Positions 54,360 through 64,000 of a DNA stretch of 64,000 nt are shown here, piece after piece. The translations under genes were made by a program, and so were the position numbers. Position 1 is the first letter of the stretch; the number at the start of each line of letters is the position of its first letter. The notes below the pieces were generated by a model. That model was not told the DNA's origin. It did not search any database and worked only from the letters and a program-made list of their open reading frames with translations. Source of the DNA: Antedon mediterranea (lineage: Eukaryota; Animalia; Echinodermata); assembly GCF_964355755.1 (NCBI RefSeq), contig NC_092672.1:12772001-12836000 (forward strand). Direction: 5' to 3'.

Positions 54360-54411
54360 ACTGACGAATGCACGGTGAGCGAGTTAACGTATATAGACCC
54401 AAACAGCCAAT
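54360..54411 (-). promoter_or_regulatory. Compact Pol II promoter: CCAAT box (54407-54411), TATATA (54395-54390), TCAGT initiator (54364-54360)
   Basis: TATA-to-Inr spacing is ~30 bp and the ATG follows within 10 nt. Confidence 0.6.
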
Positions 54412-54553
54412 CAACGTCCAGCTTGAATGAGCGGTGTTGACTACCATTTGAAGATGATGCGTTGTTTTTGTTTTTTTTGTTCACGCTGCTGTTTTTCGTA
54501 CGTAGAGTGTATTTGTGTACGTGTACATTGGAGAGAAAGAGAATGCTTTTGTC

Positions 54554-54673
54554 ATGCAATCTGTTTCCCGTATAGTGGCGAGAAGACCTAACAATTACCT
54601 GATTTCAGCTATACTCGTGACTTTATTATGCTGTATTCCATTCGGTATTATAGGAATCGTGTACAGTGTAGAT
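54554..54673 (+). CDS. Exon 1 of a CD225/dispanin (IFITM/PRRT/TMEM233-like) gene; remainder lost at the insert boundary
   Basis: MQSVSRIVARRPNNYLISAILVTLLCCIPFGIIGIVYSVD matches the CD225 pattern P..YL..AI..T..CC.P.GI.A..YS. A GTAAGT donor at 54674 sits at the family's conserved intron position; candidate acceptor TTTTAG at 54740. Confidence 0.85.
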
Positions 54674-55775
54674 GTAAGTAATCTATTTCCTCTACAACCT
54701 CATCCCATCACCACTTTTTTTATTTTTTTATCTATTTTAGTTTCTATGTTATCTTCACATGTTTATCTACCCGTGCCATTCACCTAGAAATGGCATATTC
54801 ATTAACTACAAGCTCGTTCATCAATACTTTGAGAAGATTTATTGCCCGAAGAGACCAAATCAAGAAACTTAGATCGGATAATGGTACAAATTTTGTTGGA
54901 GCCGACAAAGAGTTAAAGAAGGAGATTTCAGAATGGAACACTCATATGTACTTGCAGCAAAGCGATATTGAATGGGAATTCAACCCTCCAGGAGCGTCTC
55001 ATTTTGGTGGTGGCGTCTGGGAACGCATGATACGAACTGTGCGCCAGGTTTACGAAAGGAGCACTTAGAGAACAGAACCTGAAAATGGATGATGAAGGTC
55101 TCCAGACATTATTTTGCGAAGTGGAAATGATTGTAAACAATAGGCCAATAACTACCTTGTCAACCAATCCAAATGATTTTCGACCATTGACACCAGCCAT
55201 GTTGTTGACACAATTGCCATTACCACCTGGTGTATTTGACAAACGTGATATTTATGCTCGTCGTTATTGGCTTCAAGTCCAATATTTGAGTAATCTTTTT
55301 TGGCAGAGATGGAGGAAGGAATATCTGCCTACTATGCAAGAGCGTCAGAAGTGGTTTAATCCTAAACGCAACTTGGAAATGGGAGATATTGTGCTTGTAG
55401 TGGATAACAGTTTACCTAGAAACAGTTGGCTGCGTGGGCGGATAGTGGAGTCTAAAAAGGATAAAAGTGGACTTATTAGATCATGCACAGTAAAAACTCA
55501 ATTTTCCACCTTGAATCGTCCTATTGCAAAATTGTGTCTACTTGTAAAGGCAACTGAAGAATCAGGGGCAGAATAAACCCATGTGCCTATGACCGGAGGG
55601 GCAGTCTACACCCGAGGATGGACACATTAAATAATAAGCAACTATTATGCAGATCAAAGAGGACTTTATAATCGAAATTTAACAATGTTATTCATAGACA
55701 AGGTTTAAACTGTTTATATCTGTATAATCATTGTTTTAATCATTAGAGCTAAATAATTGTAATGTTTATTAAATT

Positions 55776-55785
55776 AAGGGGCCGG
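55776..55785 (+). promoter_or_regulatory. Polypurine tract of BEL family B (AAGGGGCCGG)
   Basis: ~200 bp after the pol stop, directly before the putative 3' LTR. Confidence 0.65.
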
Positions 55786-56494
55786 TATAGCGTTCCCATT
55801 GAACTGAGCTAATGAGGGCGCTAGGCTGGTTGTCTTGGAGAAGTATCATGGCGGCCTTCATGTATGCAGCGTGGTTGTACCTACTAGTACTAGCCCTTTA
55901 GTTTCAAGTTTGTTAAAGATATTACATATTTAGAAATTGTATATTCGTAAAGGTTTTCTATTGAGCCACAAAACTTCGGTGAGCTTTGGAGTTATAATTA
56001 TATTATCTTGTTATTGAATGTTAATGTTATTACTTGAATGTTGTAAGCCTAGCTAATAAATAGTCCTAAATTAATACAGCCTATGACGGCGTGTTACTGA
56101 TGTTTACATTACTGTGTTTTGCTAGTGCAGAGATTAGGGCCTAGTTGAGACGGGTCCATTTGATTATTGTATGTTGTTTGAATAATAATACTGTATAAGG
56201 AAATTGCTATACTTAGTGTATATTGTATTGATAAAGGACTTAGAATTGTTAATTAGTTGATGTTGCTAAAGCACGGGTACTGCCCAAATTTTCATTGATT
56301 GATGTTTAATTATTGTTTTCTTATTTTATTATATTTAGTGAATCCCTCTCGATACGAAGTGACAGCGATATTGTATGCATGTTAAGAGCAAGATAATCAG
56401 GATTAAAGTTATATTTTGTTTCTCTCAACCAAGTTTGTCATGTTTGTTTGTATCATACTTGCGATTATGGAAAGCCAAACCCGCCAAAAATACA
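55786..56494 (+). repeat. Putative 3' LTR of BEL family B (3' edge approximate)
   Basis: Follows the PPT; starts TATAGC (for TGTAGC); ATTAAA near 56402; ends AAAAATACA. Not alignable by eye to the 5' LTR. Confidence 0.55.
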
Positions 56495-56898
56495 TAATAC
56501 ATACCATCCACCAATAATTAATTCGTACAAAATTCAAACCATCCAATATTATCTCATGCAGTTCAATGAAAACTTAAACCATTCACCTTGTATCTACACC
56601 ATCCAATACAATGTGTGACCATCTACCACTACCCCAAACGACAATACGCCGAACAAACTACCCATAACACAAACCATCTAAAGAATGTTGAGCCCAGGCA
56701 GCAATAATTGAATTAATCTAACGTTAATACAAGTATATATTAGCCAACTCATTTATCAACATTTCATGTAGTTCATGAACATTTCAAACAAAGCATCTTA
56801 ATTTTAGTTCATCGAATTATAATTCTAATTCATTGCCTGTTTTATACACCGTTCGTCTGTTCAACAGTTGAAACAACTGTTTTGCACACGATACGCCC

Positions 56899-57155
56899 GT
56901 TCGTGAGTTCAAACCATGATATTTGAAGCATCGACTTTCCAAACAGCGATTTTTCGCACCGAACGTATTTTCTTGAGTTAAAGTGGTTGCATTTCAATCA
57001 CTTACTTTTGATTGGCCAGTATTACACACCGTTCGCTTGTTCGTGATTTCAAACCATGATATTTGAAGCATCGACTTTCCAAACAGCGATTTTTCGCACC
57101 GAACGTATTTTCTTGAGTTAAAGTGGTTGCATTTCAATCACTTACTTTTGATTGG
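56899..57155 (+). repeat. Two tandem ~120-bp units, with a third copy at ~57709-57862
   Basis: TTCAAACCATGATATTTGAAGCATCGACTTTCCAAA...GATTGG occurs three times. Confidence 0.85.
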
Positions 57156-57349
57156 CAGTTGAATAGCCCCCATAACAGCGTTGGGTTATTTAATGCATGA
57201 TGAATAACAAAATAATTATGATTTAATAACAATACACATGTTTTTATTTAATCCATGATAAATATTCGTAAAATATGTTTATTCGGATATTTATTAATTA
57301 CGTCTCCACTAAAGTCTATAAAACATAATGAATGTCAATACATAAATAA

Positions 57350-57685
57350 ATAAATTAAAAATGTAGATTTATTCCTTTGACATCAACTTGTCGGAATTTA
57401 CATAAAACCAATATTATTTGTTCTCAAGATAAAACATTAAAGTGTCCACAAAACTAAAAGTTTATATTAAAATTGAGTCTTCAGTTGAAACAATTCCGAC
57501 TTGAAAGGTTCCACAGTAGAGTAAATGTTATCAACGAAATGTTCCGACCAATGGTGTAATAATTGCAATAATGATTCGTAAATTTCAAAAGTAGTGTTTT
57601 CTCATCTAAGAAAAGAGAAAATATATACATATACTATATAACTATAAAACAATTTAAATCAAATATCATTTGGTACATAATTACA
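57350..57685 (+). repeat. 336-bp direct duplicate of 60070-60405
   Basis: The two copies appear identical by eye; offset 2720 bp. Confidence 0.9.
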
Positions 57686-58177
57686 TTTCAAACAAAGCAT
57701 CTTAATTTTGTTCGTGATTTCAAACCATGATATTTGAAGCATCGACTTTCCAAATGGCGATTTTTCACACCGAACGTATTTACTTGAGTTAAAGTGGTTG
57801 CATTTCAATCACCTACTTTCGATTGGCCAGTATTACACACCGTTCGCTTGTTCGTGATTTCATGTGATAACATTTCATTCGACAACTTTTCAAACGTTAG
57901 TTTTTGACTCTGCTTACGTAGGCCTATATGTCAGTTGATATACTATTTTTTAATTTTCATACTTTCCATCCTAGTCAGTTTTGTACATCATTCGCATTTA
58001 CGCATGTAAAGTGTAGATATTCCACTCGACAAGTTTTAAACGGTAGTTGTTCGCACATTTATTGTTTTATTGTTAAATTGTAACTGTTGGCGCCGATTTA
58101 ATATTGAGGGGCGGGGGGTGAATGTCAACTTTACGACTGTATGACACTTACTTAGGCCTAGGCCTACGTTACACACA

Positions 58178-58222
58178 CAGGGAGATGTAAACTAATTTAT
58201 AAATTTATTTTACATCTCCCTG
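58178..58222. mobile_element. 45-bp inverted-repeat scar (CAGGGAGATGTAAA...TTTACATCTCCCTG) flanked by direct GTTACACACA
   Basis: Read directly; same CAGGGAG termini as the scars at 23414 and 45967. Confidence 0.8.
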
Positions 58223-58471
58223 GTTACACACATTATCACAAACTTACATAATGAAAAAAAAAACAGAATGAAATAATATAATTTAGCTTGTGGGCCTGTT
58301 ACAATTTTACGCCCCACAACTAGGCCCGGGGTAACACCCACCTCACCCGCCTGTGGGGGAGAGACAGGGGTGGGGGAGGGGGGGGAGCTGGTATCGTGCT
58401 TCTCTCTCCCCCTGTGCGGCGGCTGCTAGATGAGGCCGGCCTAGAGCCATTTTCTGCTCTGTGTTCTCTAT

Positions 58472-59309
58472 AGCCCCTTTCTCACAGATGTGCCTGCAAT
58501 ATACCGGTACAGTGCTGGCGTCGTGCCGGTATCGTTACCGGCATATACCCATTCTCATCGGACTATCGTGCCGGAAATATAACCGGTATATACCGGCTTT
58601 CTGTGAGAAAGGAGTCGGGCATATTCGGCCAATAAAAAGTCTCTGACAAAATAATTATTGAGGGCGTCCTTTATTGTTATTATTTTTGTCTAGCGATGAT
58701 ATGGCGGCGAATGTTAAGTTTACAGATTATTATTTTCCTTTATAGCATATTTATGCAATACATGCTATGTACAGTAGGCCTATATTGTGCATATATTATA
58801 CAGGTATAGCAATTAATTTGCCGTCATCGGCAATCTGTAAAACACCTTAGAAGGCTGTAGGCCTACAATTTACAAGGCGACGAAAGGTCAGGCACCAACA
58901 AACAAAGAGCTATGGCTGGCCTAGCCTAGCGGCCTATATATAGATTATGCTACAAATTTCTTCTTGTCCCCTTATTTTAAGCAGCTCTCTTATCTCATTA
59001 TCCCTCCAGTTCGACATTATTATTGTTAATTGAATTGAATAGGCGCCAAAGTGATACACTTGACTGCGCAAGGTGTCAAAGCCTCGACGGGGAACCCCGG
59101 AATATAACGGCAATACGTTCTCACAGAATGCCCGTCTGGCATTGCGGGGAATATCCCTAGAATATTACTAGGTCTAAAGCAGGTCATGTCGATGCCGGCT
59201 TGGTGCCGGCATGATGCCAAGACGACCCGTTCTCACAGAAAACCATACTGGCATGGTAATGGTATATTCCCGCAATATTCCTGGCACACAACTCTGTGAG
59301 AAAGGGGCT
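58472..59309. mobile_element. PIF/Harbinger-type MITE, 3-bp TSD TAT
   Basis: TAT|AGCCCCTTTCTCACAGA...TCTGTGAGAAAGGGGCT|TAT; internal TGCCGG/CCGGCA motifs. Confidence 0.85.
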
Positions 59310-61832
59310 TATGATGCATAAATTAACTGTTGTTGAGACGCTTCCATTTGTTTACGGGGTAGGCCTATTTATTTGAAATAATGACATTCATTATGTTTTA
59401 TAGACTTTAGTGGAGACGTAATTAATAAATATCCGAATAAACATATTTTACGAATATTTATCATGGATTAAATAAAAACATGTGTATTGTTATTAAATCT
59501 TAATTATTTTGTTATTCATCATGCATTAAATAACCCAACGCTGTTATGGGGACTATTCAACTGCGTAGTTCGTCATTTTTCACACATTGATGCTGATTGA
59601 ATTGATTCAGCTCAGGAAGACCAAAAAAGGTACGTACCGTACGTATACTGATGATAGGTAGATAAATAAATATAATAATGTTTAATAGTGTTTTCCTGTT
59701 TTATTATTATTATTATTATTTTAAATTCTGTGTTTTATCGATTTTGTAGGTGAAATTGATGATGGTTTAAGTTATTGTTATACTTTTCTGTATAGGCTAG
59801 GCCTAGCCTAGGCCTAGGCCCTAATAATTATTAATATTGGAATTATTATCATTATTTTATAAAAAGCTACAATTAGTGCCATGAGTGGTGACCAGGATTG
59901 GAACCTGGATTTTGTAGCTGAAATTACTAATTATAGGAATTATCCAGCTATAATATAATATTATTACACATCATAGGCCTAGCCTAGGCCTACATTTGTA
60001 ACCCGAGTTTCTAGCAAGAAACTAAAATTTCCAAGAAGTATTAAATAATCAAATCAAGGAAAACGCCTTATAAATTAAAAATGTAGATTTATTCCTTTGA
60101 CATCAACTTGTCGGAATTTACATAAAACCAATATTATTTGTTCTCAAGATAAAACATTAAAGTGTCCACAAAACTAAAAGTTTATATTAAAATTGAGTCT
60201 TCAGTTGAAACAATTCCGACTTGAAAGGTTCCACAGTAGAGTAAATGTTATCAACGAAATGTTCCGACCAATGGTGTAATAATTGCAATAATGATTCGTA
60301 AATTTCAAAAGTAGTGTTTTCTCATCTAAGAAAAGAGAAAATATATACATATACTATATAACTATAAAACAATTTAAATCAAATATCATTTGGTACATAA
60401 TTACAATAGCACAATGTTTGCAAAATAACCTAGGCTATGATAGACAATTAAACAAAATAAAATATAATCCGTCAATACCATCAGGTTCGATTAACACTGA
60501 TTGGTATATGATTATTCACACTACTCATTAAAACAATAGTTACATTATATAGTTAGAGGTACTTCGTTTGGTAAGTATGCTAATACTTGATACCAATATA
60601 ACTACATTGCAACGCAATGGATAATAGCAATAGCTATTCAAACGTGTGTCTATCAACATATTAACCTGACTATTATAAACTCAGGATGGTTAATGCATCC
60701 ATTCAATAAACTAAATTATAAACTAAAAGGTAATTAAATGTATAAAAATAAATGTCGCATATAAAGCGGAAATCAAAAAATAAGTGTATAATACAATAGT
60801 ATCAATTCTACAATCACACTCCAATTGTCTCTAGGTCAATCAATACCAAGAGTGTACTGCCATCTAGTAAATGACCCACATTTACCAGAATCGTCCTGAT
60901 ACACTCATAAAATTAAAAGTATTAGCAAAAGCAAGTTAATCACTTCAAGACCCTTTAACTTAAAACGGGAGAGAACAATGTGTGATTGCAGAACCTTACT
61001 TTACAGTAACATAAATTACCAAGCGCAATTGCAAATGGTATCACAAAAGTTATAAAATATAATCAAAGTTAAGTATCACATAACTAATCTAAAGCATTGA
61101 GCCAATGCAAACATAATGCATAAACCTAATCTTCATAAGCTTAAATCTCAAATTAAGTTATATTAACACATTTGTTAAACATAAAATAATATAATTGATA
61201 GTTCTTACCTAAGAAAAGAGCCAAAATATGAAAAAGTGACTTCCTTTAAAGTTGTTAAAAATGTATAGATGTTTCTTGTGAGCAGGCACAAGTGGAAGTG
61301 ATGTATAATCATCAGAAATGAGGTATAATCACCTTAGTTGCCTAGCAACTTGGCAAAACACATTCCTTACTTCCCAAACAGTGGTCACTTTGACCCACTT
61401 GTGGTAACCTTTGTTGCAATTAAGCTGCATTCTTTTCTACTGACCTATAAACTATATTTATATACATTGTAAAAACAGATACATTCAAATGAATAAAATC
61501 AAACAGAAAGATATAAGAAAGATATAAATGGTAAAATATATTCATAAAAATCATAGGGTTACACTTATATTAAATTATATATAAACCTCCGATTGTGCGT
61601 AGACCGATATTTTAATCAATGGTTGTATTTATTAATAATAAATAGTACAGAAGCCTACCACTGAACAATTATTTTTTATTTTGCCAAATAGCTCTAAACC
61701 ATATAGGCCTAGGCTCTAGGAATAATATTGATTTTCTAGTATATAAACTTAAAATGTGATAAATTAACGTGAAATTGTGAATAAGTGTAAATACAAGTTG
61801 TATGGACTCATTCGTTTCAGGTATCATCCAGT

Positions 61833-63421
61833 ATGTCAGATGATTTACGTAGTGTTTTGCAGGTGCTGCAGGGGTTAGCAAATTCTATCACAAACACTCC
61901 TTCGCCTGCTACCATTTCCAATAGTAGTAGTAGTGAGCTTAGTACTACTAGTACAGGGCATCACGTATGCAAAACCCAGGAGAGCAACAAATCGCTCTCC
62001 TCAAATCACCGAGGAGAGCAATTCGCTCTCCTTGCAAAAATTTTAAATCGCTCTCCTCAAATATTTATGTTGAAGTTGAAGGATGGTCGCCCTTATTAAA
62101 AATGGCTGGCCCTTATTAATTTTTTGTACACATTTTTTTGCCCGACAGGGGATAACCCCCCCCCCCCCCCCCCCGGGCACAACAAATGTATACTGTACCT
62201 CTCCCCTAAAATCCCCCACACCCACCTTTACACACAATATTTTCCGTGGGGATCGTATTATTCTACAGTAAAAAAACTCTAGCCAATTTTTTTTTATGGC
62301 CTGCCTGGGTAGATTGGGTTTCAGGAGCCTGGAGAATCCTGTCCTGGCCAACTATTATGCCTTTAGCCTAGCTTTTCTAGCCTAGCTTGTTGGCCTAGAA
62401 ATCAGACAGAAAACCTGAAAAGTATTTACCTGCAATTCATAAATTATACAATTCTAACATGCAACAGTCATTAAAATATTGATAATAAGTTACAAAGTGT
62501 CATTTTAAAATAATTAAGAAAGATATTTGATCGTGTTTACATGTGTCACACATGGGCGCACGCACAATAGGGGAGGGAGGGCTGAGAGAGCTTCTAGAAG
62601 ATGCTGACGTCACACGTCAGCACGTGTTTTGAGGAGGATTTGAGTGACCAAAATTGGTTAGAACTTTCGAAGAAATAATCCATCTTCAAAATGACATAAT
62701 TAAAGCAACCAGCAGCTAAGCTTTTTTAAATAATAAACATTATATTTAGGCCTCCTATATTAATGTTTCCTTTTAAAATTAAATATATTTTATTAACTCG
62801 TTCCATAAAAACATAAAAATTATTGGTTGGGACATGATCTTCCTGTAAAGGAGGTGTTTCTATGACACCGTACTGGTTGCACTATGAGGCGATGAAGTAA
62901 ACTCGCCCTTGAATGCGCGCAGGCAGGGGAATCCCCTTTGTTGGTACCTCGTCGCACTAGGTGAGATGGAGCGCGATGAATTGCTCTCCTTTTCGAAGGT
63001 TGTTGATTGCGATCGCGCTCGCGATCCTTAAAAACGAGGGACTGCCATTAGGCTTGTAGCTTTATAACTTAGCTTATATATTATTAGCCTAGGCCTAGAT
63101 TGGTTTTAACTTTTAAAAATCCACGTGTTTTTAGGCCTCTTGACAGAAAAATCAACACTGTCAAAAGCTAGGCTCTATTTTGAAAATTAAGGAGCGCAAT
63201 AAATTGCTCTCCTCGAAGCCTGTTGAGGAGCGCGGAGGAGCGCGGTCGCGCAGGCGCTCCTTATAAATGATGCCCTGTAGTAGCACTACTACAACCACTA
63301 GTCATGCTGCTAGTACTAGTAGGCCTAGTAGTAGCAGAAGTAGTAGTAGCATAGCATAAAATAAAATAGCATAGACCAAAGTATTGCGAGTGAACACAGA
63401 CGACTGTTCAATCGAAATTAT
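61833..63421 (+). pseudogene. Ser/Thr-rich coding exon disrupted by the hAT element
   Basis: Acceptor TTTCAG at ~61820. MSDDLRSVLQVLQGLANSI...STTS rejoins TTTTTSHAASTSRPSSS after the element is removed. IDQSIASEHRRLFNRNY then ends at a GTAAGT donor (63422). Confidence 0.5.
61954..63277. mobile_element. hAT-type non-autonomous element with degenerate 8-bp TSD
   Basis: CAGGGCATCA...TGATGCCCTG; flanks TACTAGTA / TAGTAGCA (6/8); subterminal GCTCTCCT/GGAGCGC motifs. Confidence 0.8.
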
Positions 63422-64000
63422 GTAAGTTGCATCATGTTACTAAACCCCCTTCTTCTTGGCACCCGAATCGTTTACTATTGTACCGATAGATAGCTTATTA
63501 AGTGGCTCCAAGCCTGTACCAATCCAGTTTAAATAATTTTCAATACAATGGTATTTTAACATGTTGTCCATCACATTTTTATTAATTTTGTTGGAGACTT
63601 ACCTGGCCGTTCAGTAAAACATCATATATTTTTTGTATTACAAGTAAAATTAACATTTTGAACGAGTTTTTATCACTGTGTACATATAATATTATTTCAG
63701 AGACAAACCCCATATTATAACAGGGGTCATAGCAACAACAGTACCAGTAGTAAAGCATCTGGAAAAGGTACCATGGTAATTGTTTTATCGCATCAATTTT
63801 AATTGTATTTTCTCAATGAGAGTTTAGAAGCTGTCGTGTGTAATGTATTTAGGTCGGTACAGTTATTACGTCATGTTATAGTTGAGTTCGGATAATACTG
63901 CCAATCAGGTTTATTGGTGTATATTTTTTATATAAAGTTGAAATGTTAACAGTTTTATTAAACATATAATAAAAAGAATAACGATGTTATGTAATTCCTA

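Larger units (their letters stand above)
53175..54746. other. 1572-bp foreign cassette inserted in the BEL integrase, flanked by direct TGTT
   Basis: Removing it and one TGTT (53171-53174 or 54747-54750) restores the in-frame integrase KRYGVIFTCLSTRAIHLEMAYSL. Confidence 0.92.
50091..55576 (+). pseudogene. BEL/Pao family B gag-PR-(RT deleted)-RNase H-integrase, split by an insert at 53175-54746
   Basis: LFKGDPLKFPTW; LCFGCLRPGHRSKEC; YVFLDPGS; SSVFDPLGLVAPF; SRVAPLK; NPADEASRG; GIDLFGP..KRYGV | IFTCLSTRAIHLE; SDNGTNF; HFGGGVWERM; FWQRWRKEYL. Confidence 0.92.
47722..56494 (+). mobile_element. Chimeric, RT-less BEL/Pao LTR retrotransposon (family A 5' part joined to family B 3' part) carrying a foreign insert
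   Basis: Order: 5' LTR, PBS, gag-PR (A), second gag-PR, RNase H, integrase (B), PPT, and a dissimilar 3' LTR. No matching TSD. Confidence 0.88.
57156..59563. mobile_element. Element or rearrangement bounded by ~180-bp near-perfect inverted repeats (CAGTTGAATAG...CTATTCAACTG); no TSD seen
   Basis: 57156-57337 is the reverse complement of 59382-59563. Confidence 0.75.

Noticed and set aside
54353-54559. N-terminal 69 aa of the 490-aa ORF in the track
   Set aside because: It starts at TTG, overlaps the promoter motifs and the dispanin start, and is low-complexity. The ATG at 54352 is the plausible start.
53171-54760. Cassette as a Ginger/LTR-type element with TGT...ACA ends
   Set aside because: The nearby ACA belongs to the BEL integrase codons (TTC ACA). 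There are no inverted termini and no integrase inside the cassette.
56899-57862. CRISPR-like or regularly spaced array
   Set aside because: The units are ~120-bp tandem copies without unique spacers, the context is eukaryotic, and there are no cas genes.

Overview
AT-rich, repeat-dense animal genomic DNA. The transposon repertoire, the TAGGCCTA-rich background and an Ig-domain receptor suggest a marine invertebrate, possibly an echinoderm (inference). The only clearly intact host gene is a single-coding-exon type I membrane protein with three Ig domains (15578-16918). The rest is mostly mobile DNA: a truncated CR1-group LINE, Penelope-type terminal repeats with a minimal hammerhead ribozyme, and hAT, Harbinger and Tc1/mariner-type MITEs. 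A 10.7-kb foldback element (21520-32220) has ~1.05-kb TIRs and a 7-bp TSD (P/Galileo-like) and is packed with nested elements. Several 19-45 bp inverted-repeat scars look like P-superfamily excision footprints. A chimeric BEL/Pao LTR retrotransposon (47722-56494) is built from two different families and lacks RT. Its integrase is split by a 1.57-kb foreign cassette flanked by TGTT. The cassette carries an orphan coiled-coil ORF with a CCAAT-TATA-Inr promoter, head-to-head with exon 1 of a CD225/dispanin (IFITM-like) gene. This cassette is the most novel-looking item and may be a fragment of a compact DNA virus or giant mobile element.
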